The notes below the pieces were generated by a model, which saw only the letters and a program-made list of their open reading frames with translations, ran no database searches and was not told the DNA's origin. Made by a program: the position numbers and the translations under genes. Source: Selaginella moellendorffii (taxonomy: Eukaryota > Plantae > Lycopodiophyta). From it: DNA of 64,000 nucleotides. Location: positions 1,102,091 to 1,166,090 of the forward strand of contig NW_003314279.1 of assembly GCF_000143415.4 (NCBI RefSeq), given 5' to 3'. Below are positions 12,403-24,644 of the stretch, piece after piece (the first letter of the stretch is position 1; each line of letters begins with the position of its first letter).

Positions 12403-15254
12403 ATGGCGATTGCGTGCGTCGGCCTCGGGCGATTCGGCGCCTCCACCGCGGCCACATTCCCAGAGATTTGCAGTGGCAGCGCCATTGCCCCAGGTAGCGG
12501 AAGAGTCGATTCCTTGTCGGAGTGATTGCATTTCGTTTTCCAACTCAATTGCAATGGTCGGGCAGTCCTGGCGATTTTAAATTCTCGCAAGTCGCCAGCA
12601 CTGAGGATCTAGCAATGGAGGAGGAGAGCTTTCTCTCGTCCTGTCAATAATTCTCGGGAATTGCATTGCAGGATATGCTCCTCCTCCTCGGCAGGAATTT
12701 TCTGGGAGGAAGCACGGGAGGAACAGTCGGTTTCATCGTCAGTGGAGGGCATCTTGGCTTCTCTTGTCACCTGAGACATTTCTTTCCCGGGATTTGTCGC
12801 GCACCACCAGAGGCTGTGCTGCGGTCACGAGTGGTAACCTTGATGCTGCTTTACCCGAGAAGGGCCCCGGGGAGTTCTTGCTTGCCGAGGTAACAGTTCT
12901 TTCGACCAGATGCTCTTTGTCGTGACAAATCATTTTACTTGGTTTCGTGTGGCATCCAGGTCAGGAAAAGGAGGGAAGAACTTGCGGCTCTAGTCAGGAA
13001 AGATGGCGAGCGAGATCCACTTTGGAAGCAAAAGCTGCCGCTCTGGGCCGTGAGGAAGCTTCAGGGGCGTGAGTTGACGAAGACGATCATGGAGCTGAGT
13101 CGAAAGAGACGTTTGAAAGAGGTAATTATGCCATGGTATTCAGCTCGGCTTACGTTCTCCGTGTTGCATTGGACAGATTTTTGAGATTCTGGATTGTGCA
13201 AAGGAGAAGAAACTAGTGAATCGGAAAACTATGAACGCTGTGATGGAAGCATGCGTGCATTGTGGTGATATTCATCGAACCATGCAGCTTTTCCAATACA
13301 TGGTACAACCAGATGCTTGTGGAGTTGACGAAATCACTTACGGCACTCTTATAAAGGTTTGCTTTCTTATCTGCATTGATGATATCATTGAGAATCACTA
13401 ATTTTGATCATTAAATAGGGGCTTGGAAAGGCAGGACTTTTGGATGCTGCTTTCCAGATTTTGGAATCGATGGACCTTGGCACAGCTCCTGGCAAACCAA
13501 AACTTTCACTGATTCATCTCAACACGCTAATAAATGCCTGTGCCAATGCTGGTATTTGTATCTTTTGTTATTGTTTAGAAAGTTGATTGCTATACTCCCA
13601 TACAGGGGATGCAAGGCGCGCTCGAGGTGCTCTTAAACGATACCACTCCGTAATAAAAGACGAAGGTCCGTCCCTGGTGACATACAATATGCTGATCAAG
13701 GTATACCAGTTTTAAGGTATGACTCACAAACGCTAATGCGTGCTATTCACAGGGGTACGCTCGATCAGAGAACCCTTTGGAGGCTCTAAAAGTTAGAGAA
13801 GAGATGCAGCTACGTGGAATGCAGTTAAACAAGCTTTCGTGGAATTCGCTTGTCATGGCATGCGTTAGAGGACAAGACATGGACGCGGCACTTGAGATTC
13901 TAGAGGAGATGAAGGTCTTTTGATTCTGGTTTTCTTGTTCGAATTTTATTAGTTACGTTCTCTTTTGGTTTGCCGTTTGCCAGGAAGCAGGGAAATACTC
14001 TGTAGATTTGGCACCAGATGTGGTAACGTACACGACCCTCATAAAGGTGTGTTGCGACAAGAGCTTTTAGCGAAAGGTGGCTCTCATTTGATCAGGGTCT
14101 TGCAGATGCTGGAAATCTGGACGGCGTGTTGAAGATGGTGGCTGAAATGAAAGCATCCACGTCTTGCGTGATAGATCGCGTTGGATACACTGCGATCATC
14201 GACGCTTGCATAACAGCTGGCTCGCCTACAGGTAGTACATTTGCTACGTTGGTACCATCTAGCTGATTCTTTTGTCTTTTAGACGCTTTGACATTCTTTC
14301 AAGAAATGGAATGTCTGGCAAAGGAAGATCGTCGACTAAGGCCACGAGTGCATGCTTTCCTTTCTATGATGAGGGCGTTTTCTGAGATAGGTGACGTCGA
14401 GAAAGTTTCGCTTCTCAAGTCGAGAATGGCTGTGGGATCTGCCGGGCACATTTGGGCGGAGGATCGACTAGAGGCAGATGAGCTACTAATCGAAGCTGCA
14501 GTGGTCAGTGGCGAGGTACATGTACGCTGTTTTACTTTTGACTTTATGTCAACACAGTGGCTCTCTTTCAGATAACTCTTGCACGGAACGTTCTGAAGAA
14601 CATGACAAGCCTGAATAAAGCTTTACACTTGAGTCAGCGTGGATTCACGGTATGTGTATTCTTACTTAACCCGCTAATCTCCTCTCTTTGTAGGCCATCG
14701 TACGCCTCCAGGCAATGACTAATTTTACTGAGAACATGTTTCAACCATTCATTATAAGTGAACAGGTTCGGGTTTTTGCAAAGGTTTCGATTGGAGCTTT
14801 CTAAGTGCGATGCTTGCTGTCAGATATCATTGAAGGCTTCGTTGGAGAGCATCATTCCCAGCTTGAAGACTCTACAGCCGCTTTCGTCTTCCCAAAAGGT
14901 GAAGGATGTGCTGATGTGCTTCCTGGATCGAGATGTACTTCCTGTAGTGTCTGATGAGAACGGCCAGTGCATTGGAGCTGTTCATGCCAGAGACTGCAAC
15001 AAGGTTGGATCTTTACAAGCTTCCTTTTTGGAAGAATCCTAACCTCGCTCTTTTGTTTCCAGGTGGATTCATTGCTTGTGGACGTCATGCAAGATCCTCC
15101 ATCTCTGATACCAGGCACGGCATCAGTCAGAACCGCCATTGACTTCCTGGTTGCACCCCGAGTAACTTTGGTAGGAGTGAGTTCTGGGTCCGGGGAATTA
15201 AGCTTCCTCACGAGAGAGGTTCTTTTCAGCTTTTTGTCTCAATCTTCAAATTAA
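12403..15254 (+). CDS. Multi-exon P-type PPR protein with C-terminal CBS domains (At5g10690/CBSPPR1-like)
   Basis: Exons with MNAVMEACVHCGD, ITYGTLIK, PDVVTYTTLIKG, LRPRVHAFLSMMRAF and CBS-like LPVVSDENGQCIGAVHARDC; many short GT-AG introns. The 5' exons are approximate. Confidence 0.85.
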
Positions 15255-15561
15255 TCTTTTCTCGCAAAGGACAGGTGAATTAAAGTATCATTCCCGTGAT
15301 GGAGGTGTGTCATCACAGACGTGAGTCCGGTTAACATTTTCCATTCTTTTCTCTCGGCCTCCTTGCTAAAAACTCAATTTGTGCACGTCTCAGGCAGTCG
15401 CCCGTGAAGGAAAAAACATGGACCATGGCATGAACGTCGCGGATACCTTCTCCGTTGTTTCTCCAGCAGCTGCGGGTTGCTTGTGGCGCACGAAATGGGT
15501 ACCGTGTTAAAGGGGTTTAGAAACTCGCCAGGTATTGTGCTCCTGATCGCTCGCAACGAAC

Positions 15562-16098
15562 ATGACAGGCTTTGGGTTTGGAGGATACCCGGAGGCAACA
15601 TTGCCAGGCTCTTCCCAGATGGCTGCCGATGCTCCAGCAGCAGCGGCAGCGAAGTTTTCGAGCTTGGGACAGGGCGTCAACGTTGTCATGACAGCAGCCG
15701 GGGGTCTGCTAGTTCTGGTGGGATTCATCGCCTTCGGGATATGGATGTGCGGCCGCGCTTCCTCCGCTCAGAGTGCTCGCGTCGCGCAACAGGTGGAAGT
15801 TGTCAAGCCCGGCTTGAGCAAGGAGGCGATAGCAAGGATACCAATCACCAGCGGCTTTGCGAATCCAGAGGGGGGCACTAGCAGCAGCAGCAGTAGCGAG
15901 GCGTGCGCGATTTGCCTGGGTGAATTGGACGACAGGGTCCGGGTCCTTCCCAAATGCAGCCACGCCTTCCACGCCGAGTGCGTCGATATGTGGCTCTTCT
16001 CGCACAAGACTTGCCCGACTTGCCGGTCGGATCTCTCCAGCCTCGAGCAGCAGCAGCCAGATCAAATGGCGGTGGTGGTGGTGGTGGATTCCCGGTGA
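15562..16098 (+). CDS. ATL-type RING-H2 E3 ligase (4 of 9)
   Basis: [17 protein letters not shown]...[13 protein letters not shown]...CPTC. Confidence 0.93.
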   Translation: MTGFGFGGYPEATLPGSSQMAADAPAAAAAKFSSLGQGVNVVMTAAGGLLVLVGFIAFGIWMCGRASSAQSARVAQQVEVVKPGLSKEAIARIPITSGFANPEGGTSSSSSSEACAICLGELDDRVRVLPKCSHAFHAECVDMWLFSHKTCPTCRSDLSSLEQQQPDQMAVVVVVDSR

Positions 16099-16974
16099 CG
16101 ATCGAGAGTTCTCTCGTTGCGGTTTCGCTCTCTAGCTCTTTCGCGTAGTCGTAGAGGCAGGAGGAGTTGGATTGTCATGTCAGTTGAAAGTCCGGACTGG
16201 AGATATCAATGTAGGAAGGATTGTCTCTATGCGATGAGCAGAGAGCTCTTATTTGGCTCGCATGGCATCAACGCTCGGCTTATATCCAGGTCGCGACGCG
16301 ATAGAGAGACGATCGAAAGCGAAAGAAGTCGTGTGGTCCTGTAAACAATCAGAGCAAGGAGAACAAGTTCTTCTTAATCTATATCGGAGAACATATGTCC
16401 TGTAGATTGATATAAACGTGGCAAGAAGAAGAAAAAAAAAAATGGGACCCTTTCGTCCGAACAAAAGAGAGACCCTGTCAAAATGGAAGATAGTTTCTTT
16501 ATCTTTTAAACATCGCCCATGGACAAGCAATCTATAACCCTGTCGAGATACGAACGATAGAAACTATTGACACTCAAAGCGCGTAGAGAAAGCTTCCGGG
16601 AATCAATCTCTCCACTCTTGGCCTCCAATTTGGAAGGCGGTAGCTTCAACTTCTAGGCAAAGGCCTTCTTCTAGAACAGGAAACTTTTGGGATGTGCACG
16701 GCCCTCCATGTCATAGCCCAAGTCCTGCGTTTCCCCCCACGTCATAGCCCCGGGAGAAGACGTGCGAGAACATAGAGGCGCGCGGAATTCCACCACGTGT
16801 CAGGCTCCAGCCGCCAAACCCAGCTTCGCGCGCTCTTGCCCTAAAAACCTCCCCTTCTTTTTCTTCATTTGGATATAAATTTAGGGCGGCAACAACAACC
16901 CGGAAAAACAGGGGGCTGTTCTTCTTGGAGCTCTCGCTCCTTGGGCGGAGAAAAGGAGGAATTTTCATGTTTCC

Positions 16975-17646
16975 ATGGCGGATTGGAGCTCCGGAGGCTC
17001 GATCTCTTCGTTCGCGTGGCCGCCATTCCCGTCCAATGGCATGGAGGACGGGCAGTGGCCGCCGTGGCCGGGCGCCGGCACTGGCAACAACAATTTCTTT
17101 GGCTGGCAGGGGTTTGGATTCGCGAGCCCCAGGCGCAACGACGGCCTGGGCGCCGGGACGATCATCCTCGTCGCGGTGCTCGTCACTGGATTCTCGCTCA
17201 TGACGCTCCTGCTGCTGCGCCTGTGGTTCTGCGGGTGCTCCCAGGACGACGACGCGCGGCGCGCGGGGAATTCGCAGCCCGCGATCGCGAACAAGCTCGC
17301 GATTGGGCTGCGCAGGGACGTGATCGAGAGCTTCCAGGTGGTGAATTACAAGGCGCTCGTCGCCATGAGGGGAAGGGAATCATCATCGAGCGCCCCGGGC
17401 GAGGGGGAGTGCTGCTGCCCGGTCTGCCTCATCGATTTCGGGGAGGAGGACAAGAGGATCAGGGTTCTTCCCGGCTGCGGCCATGGATTCCACACGGAAT
17501 GCATCGATATGTGGCTCTTCTCGCACACCTCCTGCCCCGTCTGCCGCCGGGAGCTCCTCCCGCCATCGCCCAGCTCCAGCGCTCGCCGGGATGATCGCGT
17601 CGTCGTCATAGAGATCCCCCAAATCCATCCCCAAGAGCGTGGCTGA
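16975..17646 (+). CDS. ATL-type RING-H2 E3 ligase (5 of 9)
   Basis: W/G/P-rich N-terminus, TM, GLRRDVIESF, CPVC...CGHGFHTECIDMW...CPVC. Confidence 0.93.
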   Translation: MADWSSGGSISSFAWPPFPSNGMEDGQWPPWPGAGTGNNNFFGWQGFGFASPRRNDGLGAGTIILVAVLVTGFSLMTLLLLRLWFCGCSQDDDARRAGNSQPAIANKLAIGLRRDVIESFQVVNYKALVAMRGRESSSSAPGEGECCCPVCLIDFGEEDKRIRVLPGCGHGFHTECIDMWLFSHTSCPVCRRELLPPSPSSSARRDDRVVVIEIPQIHPQERG

Positions 17647-18987
17647 TGATCGTGCCGCGTGGGCTCTCGCATTTCTTCGTTTTCTCCTTTTCGTGTTCTT
17701 TCCGGGGCATATTCGCGGCGGATATTCCAGGCTCTGCGCGTTCTGTGAAATAAGGCCCTGCTCGACGATCGATCCAAAGGAATCGACCGAGAGAAGTCAC
17801 ATGGAAATTTAGAATTCTTTTCGCTAGCTCGCTCGCTCGCTCGCTCGCAGCGATATCGATCGAACCAGCGTGTCAATCTCGTTGTCTATCCTTCGAATTT
17901 CATGACGAAAGGAAAAACAAAAAAAGTCGAGCGCTCCAGAGCAAGAACAGAGTTTTCTACGCTTTTTGGCCCCGTCGATAGATTTTTCTATTGGATTGGA
18001 GCAATGAGCTGGAGAGCGACGAATCAATAGTCGCTTTGCTTCGCTTCGCATGGCAGCACTGCAGTGGAGCCAAGCCAAAGTCTTCTTCTTCTTCTTCTTC
18101 TTTTATTTTGTCTTTGGAAGCACTTTGGAGGCTTTTGATGATGATCATGGCGATGACGAGGATTCATGATCCGGGCGCGCAATCGCTGTCGTTGGTCCCC
18201 GCCCGGAGTGTCGCATCTGACGGCGCGTGTTGATCGAGCCGCCCGCCAGTCGCCACCACTGCCTGTTGTTTAGCTTCCAAGCATTGTCGCAGCAAAGACC
18301 TATCTCTCCTTTCCGTGGCTAGCCATAACAAGAGAGATCAAAGTAAGCAAATCCCAAGAGCGCAATGGTGTAGCTATCAATCGCGAAGCTCGGTTTACTT
18401 GATTTTTCTTCTTTCCTTCCAGTCTCTTTCTCACGATCGATCGTAAATTCCTTCTCGCTCCAACTCCACTATGTATGAGGTCGCCATCAAATTCCTAGCT
18501 AGGCCTACCAGAAACTTGCATTGGATTACGTACAGAAGCCGGGAAATCGTCTCTCACAATCCAAAACAGTGAGATTTTCCTTTCTTTAATGCTCAAAGTT
18601 TTCCTCTCTTGAACAGTAATCCTAAAGACTAAAAGTCTAAGTCTTCTAGCAAAGGAAGTTTTGGAGATCTTGGCGCCAAGTAACCCCTTGAATTCACGAA
18701 CATTAGGTCACCATCCATTTTCTGGGGTCGCTCTCCTACATCTACCAAGAGCAACAGGAAGAAAAACGAAACATCCGTAGAGAAATCAATGATTTTCTAC
18801 TCTTGATTGATTAGCAATGGTGTTTATTCTCTGGCCATGGATGACGCTGGCAAACAGGGTCCTTGAATCGTTATTATAGTCCAGCAAACAAGAAGAATTT
18901 CAATTTGTACAATGCCAGGAAATGCGATGATTGATTGCGTGCTAGAAATTCGAGAACAGCTACACCAACTATCTTTGCCAAGAAAAT

Positions 18988-19665
18988 TCACCCACACTCG
19001 CAATCGGTGGCTACCGGCGCGGGGGAGGATGGGGCGGATCGACTGCTGCGCCGGTGCTGCTGCCGATCGCAGAGAGAGCCCGAGGAGCTTGCGCCATTCG
19101 CGACGATCGATCCAGCGCAGGGTTGATGATCATCGGCCGCGATTCCCCTGCGGCACAGGGGGCAAGTGAGATACGAGCAAAGCCAGAGCTGGATGCATTG
19201 GGTGTGGAAGCAGTGGCCGCAGCCGGGCAGCGCACGGATCTCCCAGCTCTGAATTTCACGATCGCTCAAATCAAGATCTTCGGATTCCTCCTCCCCACCG
19301 CCAATCTTCCGCCCAAAATCTGTCAAGCACACCGCGCAGCACTCGTCCGCGCGCCGCGCATCGTCCGATGAGACAATGGGCAGCAATCCAACGGTCGCCT
19401 TGGCGCGCGTCTGGCGCTCTTGCGCCCCCACGGACGGCCCGATGCTTCCCTCCCCCTGCTGCCGTCCCCTCCTCCGCGAGCTAAAGCACCAGAAGAGCAC
19501 CATGATCGAGAGGCTCGCCCCCATTCCACACAGGACGATCGCGACGCAAGTGAGAGTGGTGAGATGGAAGGGCTTGTGGTGGCGGTAGAGGTGATTGTGG
19601 ATCATAGGCGCCGAATCGGGAGCTCCTTCTTCGCCAGCGAGTGAGAATAGCGAGAACCTTGCCAT
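18988..19665 (-). CDS. ATL-type RING-H2 E3 ligase (6 of 9), acidic insertion in RING loop
   Basis: TM, CAVC-(GGGEEESEDLDLSD insert)-CGHCFHTQCIQLW...CPLC. Confidence 0.9.
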   Translation of the reverse strand: MARFSLFSLAGEEGAPDSAPMIHNHLYRHHKPFHLTTLTCVAIVLCGMGASLSIMVLFWCFSSRRRGRQQGEGSIGPSVGAQERQTRAKATVGLLPIVSSDDARRADECCAVCLTDFGRKIGGGEEESEDLDLSDREIQSWEIRALPGCGHCFHTQCIQLWLCSYLTCPLCRRGIAADDHQPCAGSIVANGASSSGSLCDRQQHRRSSRSAPSSPAPVATDCECG

Positions 19666-19907
19666 TTTTTCGCCGCGCCGCGGCTGCTGTCGATCGATGC
19701 CGATGTTGCGATGCGAGGGCTGCTGAGATTTCAATCGGGGAGGCAGTGATTTATCTGGATTGAGTGGAGGAACAGGAGCTCTAGCAGGGGAAATGGCCAC
19801 TATAGGTATCGCCATCAAGAAATTCCAGAAAATTGAAAAGCAAGAGCTTGATGCGCTTGAAAAGAGAGAAGAATCTTCCTCTGCTAGGCCCGTAGATCAG
19901 GATCTCA

Positions 19908-20528
19908 TCAGGATTGAGCGATTGCAGGGTTGGAATCGTCGGCTGGTTCTCGTCCCGTTAAATCCTGATCTTGGCGGTGATTTTCTTCTTCTTCTTCCTC
20001 CTCTCGTCTCGGTTCTTGGTGGACAGCGCAACGGCAGAGAGGGCAGGACGCGGAGGTCTGGAGCCACACATCGACGCAGTGGGGATGGAAGCAGTGGCTG
20101 CACCGCGGCAAGAACCGGATCTTCTCGTCGCCTGGCTGGTCATCGGAGAATTCCGCCAGGCACACCGCGCAGCATCCCACGCCGCCGCCAGCGCCAGCGC
20201 GGTTCTTGGAAGATTTGGAGAGGAGGTCTTGGAGAGTGAGGAGCGGGAGCTTGTTGATCTCGTGGGGCTCCAGCCCGGGCTTGGGGCGATGAGCGGCGGC
20301 GGCGTGGATGTGGATGTGGGCGAGGTTGGCGGCGGCGGCGGAGCGGCTGAGCACGACGTTGAGGCGGCGGCGCGGGCAGAGGAAGTAGAGGCCCAGGAGC
20401 CCGAGCAGTGAGATGAATGTGAGGATCACCATGACGATGAGCGTGATGATAGCGCCGTTGCTGAGATGGAGGATCTGGTGCTCCATTTCGCCGTGGTTGA
20501 CGGAATTGGAGGAGGAATTGAGCTCCAT
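19908..20528 (-). CDS. ATL-type RING-H2 E3 ligase (7 of 9)
   Basis: TM, GLEPHEINKLP, CAVC...CSHCFHPHCVDVW...CPLC. Confidence 0.93.
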   Translation of the reverse strand: MELNSSSNSVNHGEMEHQILHLSNGAIITLIVMVILTFISLLGLLGLYFLCPRRRLNVVLSRSAAAANLAHIHIHAAAAHRPKPGLEPHEINKLPLLTLQDLLSKSSKNRAGAGGGVGCCAVCLAEFSDDQPGDEKIRFLPRCSHCFHPHCVDVWLQTSASCPLCRCAVHQEPRREEEEEEENHRQDQDLTGREPADDSNPAIAQS

Positions 20529-20773
20529 GGGAGTGGAAGGGATGATCAAGGAGGAGAGATCAAATCAAACCTGACTACCAGGAGCAAGGAAGAAATCGAT
20601 GCTCGATATATCCAGCTCTCTCCAACACCTTGCAATTGGGTTGCGATTTTAGTCTAGTTGCCGAATTTTGGTTTTTCCCGGGCCTCATGAATGGAGGAGA
20701 CGCGGTGGTTCCACGAGGTGGGGATCCATCAAAGACGCGAATTGAGCGCGACCGCGGTCGCTGGAACGTCCAC

Positions 20774-20832
20774 CGCCAAGCGTGCCCTAATTAGGGCTTT
20801 GGGGCGCGCCAAGCGTGCCCTAACTAGGGCTT
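20774..20832. promoter_or_regulatory. 26-bp direct repeat, each unit with a palindromic CArG-type core, in a divergent promoter
   Basis: CGCCAAGCGTGCCCTAATTAGGGCTT (20774-20799) and CGCCAAGCGTGCCCTAACTAGGGCTT (20807-20832); CCTAATTAGG fits CC(A/T)6GG. Confidence 0.5.
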
Positions 20833-21133
20833 ATGCGGGCGCGGGGGGTTGAGGTGGGAATATGCCGCCGGCCGGCACGGCCTCAAAAACACCGCTTGAC
20901 GCGAGCAGAGCAAGAAAATGGTGAGGATCCTCTCCGCGATTCCTTGGCGCATCCATGGGGTAGGCGGAGGCGGCGGCGGTGGCGGCTCGGTGGCGATGCT
21001 GTATCCTCCCAATGGCGGCTGCGCGGAGGTACGCGGTGGGGTTTGGTCACTCCCGGCAGCATGAAGAGAGCAAGAGATCATCGCGCAAGGGTTTGATGGT
21101 AGAATCAGCGGCAAGGGGGTACTGCATTGTCCA

Positions 21134-23317
21134 ATGTCATCGTCTTCGCCGCCAACGCCACTGGCATTGCCGTGGTTTGATCAGCGTAGCGGCGGCACGA
21201 TCGCGGATTTCCTCAGGAACAACAAGCCGCCGGAAGAGGTGCTGCTCAATTTCCTGGTCAACCCCTCGCCCGCGCCGAGGCCGTTGACTCCGTTGACCGG
21301 CGGCGGCGGCGGCGGCGAGCACGAGAGTCTGGCGATGGCGCGGCCCTGCGAGACGAGCCACGGCCCCGACTTTAGCGGCCTCTTGTTCGAGGGGAGCAGC
21401 ATCAAGTCCGAGGATGACGCCGCCGCTGACGATGGCTTGAATGGAGAGCTCATCGCCTTTGATCAGATCGACGCAGATATGGCCAGGGACTCCTTCTCGC
21501 TCTTTGGTGGCGCCGCCGCCGCCGCCACCACCACCGCCGCCGCCATGGACGACAGTAGCAACGGGAACTCCCAGGACGGGATCGAGCTGGAGGTTTGCTC
21601 GCCATCCAGGAGTGTTGGAGCTGCCGCCGCCGCCAGCGCGCTGCTCAACTTCCCGCTCAACAACTTCCTGGCGCAGCATGGGAGCTCGTTCCTGGCCGCC
21701 GCGGCCGCCGCGGCCGCCGCCGGTGTTGCTCCCGATGGCTCGGAGCTCGTTGGTTTTGAGGTGGCTCCGGCCGAGATCCACGCACAGTCGTGTAGCAATC
21801 TCGTGGGGGACTGGAGCTTGCCACCCGACACCATTCTTCTTCCTTCTTCTTCGCACGGCGGCAGCCATGGCAGTGAGTCCAACAATGCTGGTAGCAGCAG
21901 CGGGACAAACAACATGGTTCATCAGTATAATCTCCAGTGCGGTTCTTGCCAGATCCTACACTGTATTATCCACTCAAATGGTACGTAACTTTCTTTTCTT
22001 CCTCCTTCTCTCGGTCTCTTTGTTCTTGTTTCTTTCTCTTTGTTTTTCTCTCGTCTGACTCGTTGATTACTATACACACTGCATGAGCTCCACCATGACT
22101 TGTACTAGATCAGTGCAGGAGTCCAAGACACCAAGCTTGAGATCCACGGATGCGACGGGCAGAGCTACAACGCCGTGCTGCACACTCGGTTTTGTGTGGA
22201 CGATGGATTTCCCACCACCTTGGAGCAGCAGATTGTTGAGTAAGCCAAGCTCCCTGTGAAAGGTTTCTCTTTGTTGTCATCTTTGATGCTTTTCTCATTA
22301 TGAGTTGATTAGATGCGTGCTTGTTTGTTCTTTGCAGGTTTCCAGTGGGTAACGCGGAGTATGTGAAGCAATTTCTACTCCAGTACAGCCTCTTGCGCAG
22401 GAAGGAAGGCTTCGTACTGCGGCACGATTCCACGGGGAGCTTTGACACGGGCGGAGCGTCCGGTTTTGGAATCGGGCCCGACTGTTTGAACGAGTCGTCC
22501 GCTTCTTTCCCAAAGCAACTTGGCCGCAGTTTGTTCTCGGACCTTCACTCCGGTGCGTTTTCTTGTTTCCTTGATAGGACAGCATGCGTCTTTCGTTTTG
22601 CTTTCTTCTTTTGTAGACATTTCTATTGCTTTCTTGCTTTTCCGGACACTGGTCCTCTTTTCCTTTTTCCTCTTTTATGTTTTTTGCTAAACCAACATGT
22701 GCTGAGCTCTGTTCTCCAACAGCCTCCGATACTTTGAACGCGTTTGGTAAGCAACATCTTCTGGGGCCGAGCAAAGCAAACCGAAGCAGCAGCTTGGACA
22801 GCATGGACCCTGGCGACGGTTCCAACTTGCCTGTCAAGCCTCCAAAGAGCAACGCTGCCGCACAGGTTTCCTTCTGTCGCCCCCCAGCCAAAGGGATGAG
22901 TTTCTCACTGTAAGATCACACCGGTGTGTTTGCTTTTGCTCCTCTCCTCACCGAGTGTTTTTGCACTTTCAGAGGGAAAGAACCGGCAAGCTCAAGATGT
23001 CCGATCTAGCGCAGCACTTCCACCTTCCTATAAATGCCGCCGCCAAGGAGCTGGGAATCTGTCCAACGGTGTTGAAGAAGATTTGTAGGAGGAACGGGAT
23101 GCGTCGGTGGCCTCACAGAAAGGTAAGAATGTCTCTCTCTCGCTCTTGTTTTTTAATCTTTCCTCCATAGATTAAGAGTATAGAGCGGATAATCGCCACC
23201 TTGGAGCAGACAATAGCAGAAGGGGCTGGGCAAGGTGACGAAGGAATTCGTATGGAGATAGCGATGCTGCGGAACGAGCGTGCTCAGCTATGCGCGGGTT
23301 TGCTCGGGGAGACCTGA
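21134..23317 (+). CDS. RWP-RK transcription factor (RKD/MID-like, no PB1), 6 exons
   Basis: Exons approx. 21134-21980, 22119-22239, 22338-22552, 22723-22865, 22973-23122, 23171-23317 splice in frame; motifs HFHLPINAAAKELGICPTVLKKICRRNGMRRWPHRK|IKS and upstream CGSCQILHCIIHSNG..KLEIHG. Confidence 0.92.
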
Positions 23318-23772
23318 TCCGCGGACAAGTTTTCTTTCTTGTCCTCGCGCCCCGGCGAGCCGAGCGCTGTATTATAATCAGATCTAGCAGCAGTAGCGCG
23401 CGAGAGAGCGAGAGCAAGCTAAACGAAGAGAAGAATTTTTTTTTTTTTAATCGGCTTCGTTGTGTACATCGTAGGAACTTGTTCGGTTGTGTCTTGAAGC
23501 TGTAATTACACTCCGTGTACAAAGTGGTCTCACTTCTTTTCCGATAGAAACTCCGGAAAAGAGGAGGAAGAAAAGAGAGTCGTGAAAACTGACCGATCCG
23601 ACTTATCCTTTCCTCAACGACGTCCAAAGTTTGATATAGACACATTCCCGAGTGTTCTTTCCTTGGGCTCCTGTTTTCATGCACCACACCCATAAGTAGC
23701 GAACGAGACGAACTTGGAAAAAACTCAAGTGAGAGAGAGAGAGGAGTTTTTTCTTTTCTTACCCGAGGATCT

Positions 23773-24264
23773 TCAGGTGGAAACCACCTCGAGCAGCGGT
23801 TCCTTTTGCAAACTGTCGCGGCAAATCGGGCAGGAGCTGTGCGAGAAGAACCACATGTCGATGCAGTCAGTGTGGAAGCAGTGGCCGCAGCGCGGGAGGT
23901 GCCGAATCTCCGAGTCTCCCTTCCCAAACTCGATCAAGCACACGGCGCAGCACTCGACATTCTCTTCGCCGCTCTTGATCTTCACCAGCTGCTCGTAGCT
24001 CACCACCGGCAGCCGCTTCACTAGATCCTTGGAGAGTCCCAGCCTGGACTGGAAGCCGCCACCACCAGCACCAACGAGTTCCTGTCCCTCCTCCTGTACC
24101 TGCCTGTGACGCCTGTTGCGAGCCTCGACGCACTTGCACGCGTAGAAGAAGATGAGCAGCGACAGCAGCATGAATGCGAAGAGGATGGAGCAGACAATCA
24201 CCACCGTGAGCCGATCGGTTGCCAGGGACGAGGAGAGTGGCGACGAAGATCTCGGGTCTTGCAT
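23773..24264 (-). CDS. ATL-type RING-H2 E3 ligase (8 of 9)
   Basis: TM, GLSKDLVKRLP, CAVC...CGHCFHTDCIDMW...CPIC. Confidence 0.93.
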   Translation of the reverse strand: MQDPRSSSPLSSSLATDRLTVVIVCSILFAFMLLSLLIFFYACKCVEARNRRHRQVQEEGQELVGAGGGGFQSRLGLSKDLVKRLPVVSYEQLVKIKSGEENVECCAVCLIEFGKGDSEIRHLPRCGHCFHTDCIDMWFFSHSSCPICRDSLQKEPLLEVVST

Positions 24265-24644
24265 TCTTCCCTTTCGCCAAGCTTGTCAGTCCCGCGTCGA
24301 GGAGAGAATTGGGGCTCCAGGTCATTAGGAGCGCAAGCTGACTTAGTGTTGAGCTGACACCGGAGTTAAACAGTAGCATTAGTCGGTCATCGTTGCAGAG
24401 AGCCACACACTGAGGAATCTGCCCCCTCAAACCAAACCAAACTGTAGCGTCTGGCTGGATAGCTTTTACGTCGTCTCGATCCTAGCAATCAGAATCCCGT
24501 CATGAGATCACACCAGCGAAAAGAAAAGAAGGAAAATGGAACGTACCTCAGACGCCGATCGAGGGGAATAAGCCACCGACGTCAGCACGCTTGCAATTTG
24601 CTCGGCATCTTCTCGAGGAGAGGGGGCCCTTCCCTCCTTGTCTC

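Noticed and set aside
17826-17848. (GCTC)n microsatellite
   Set aside because: Common simple repeat.
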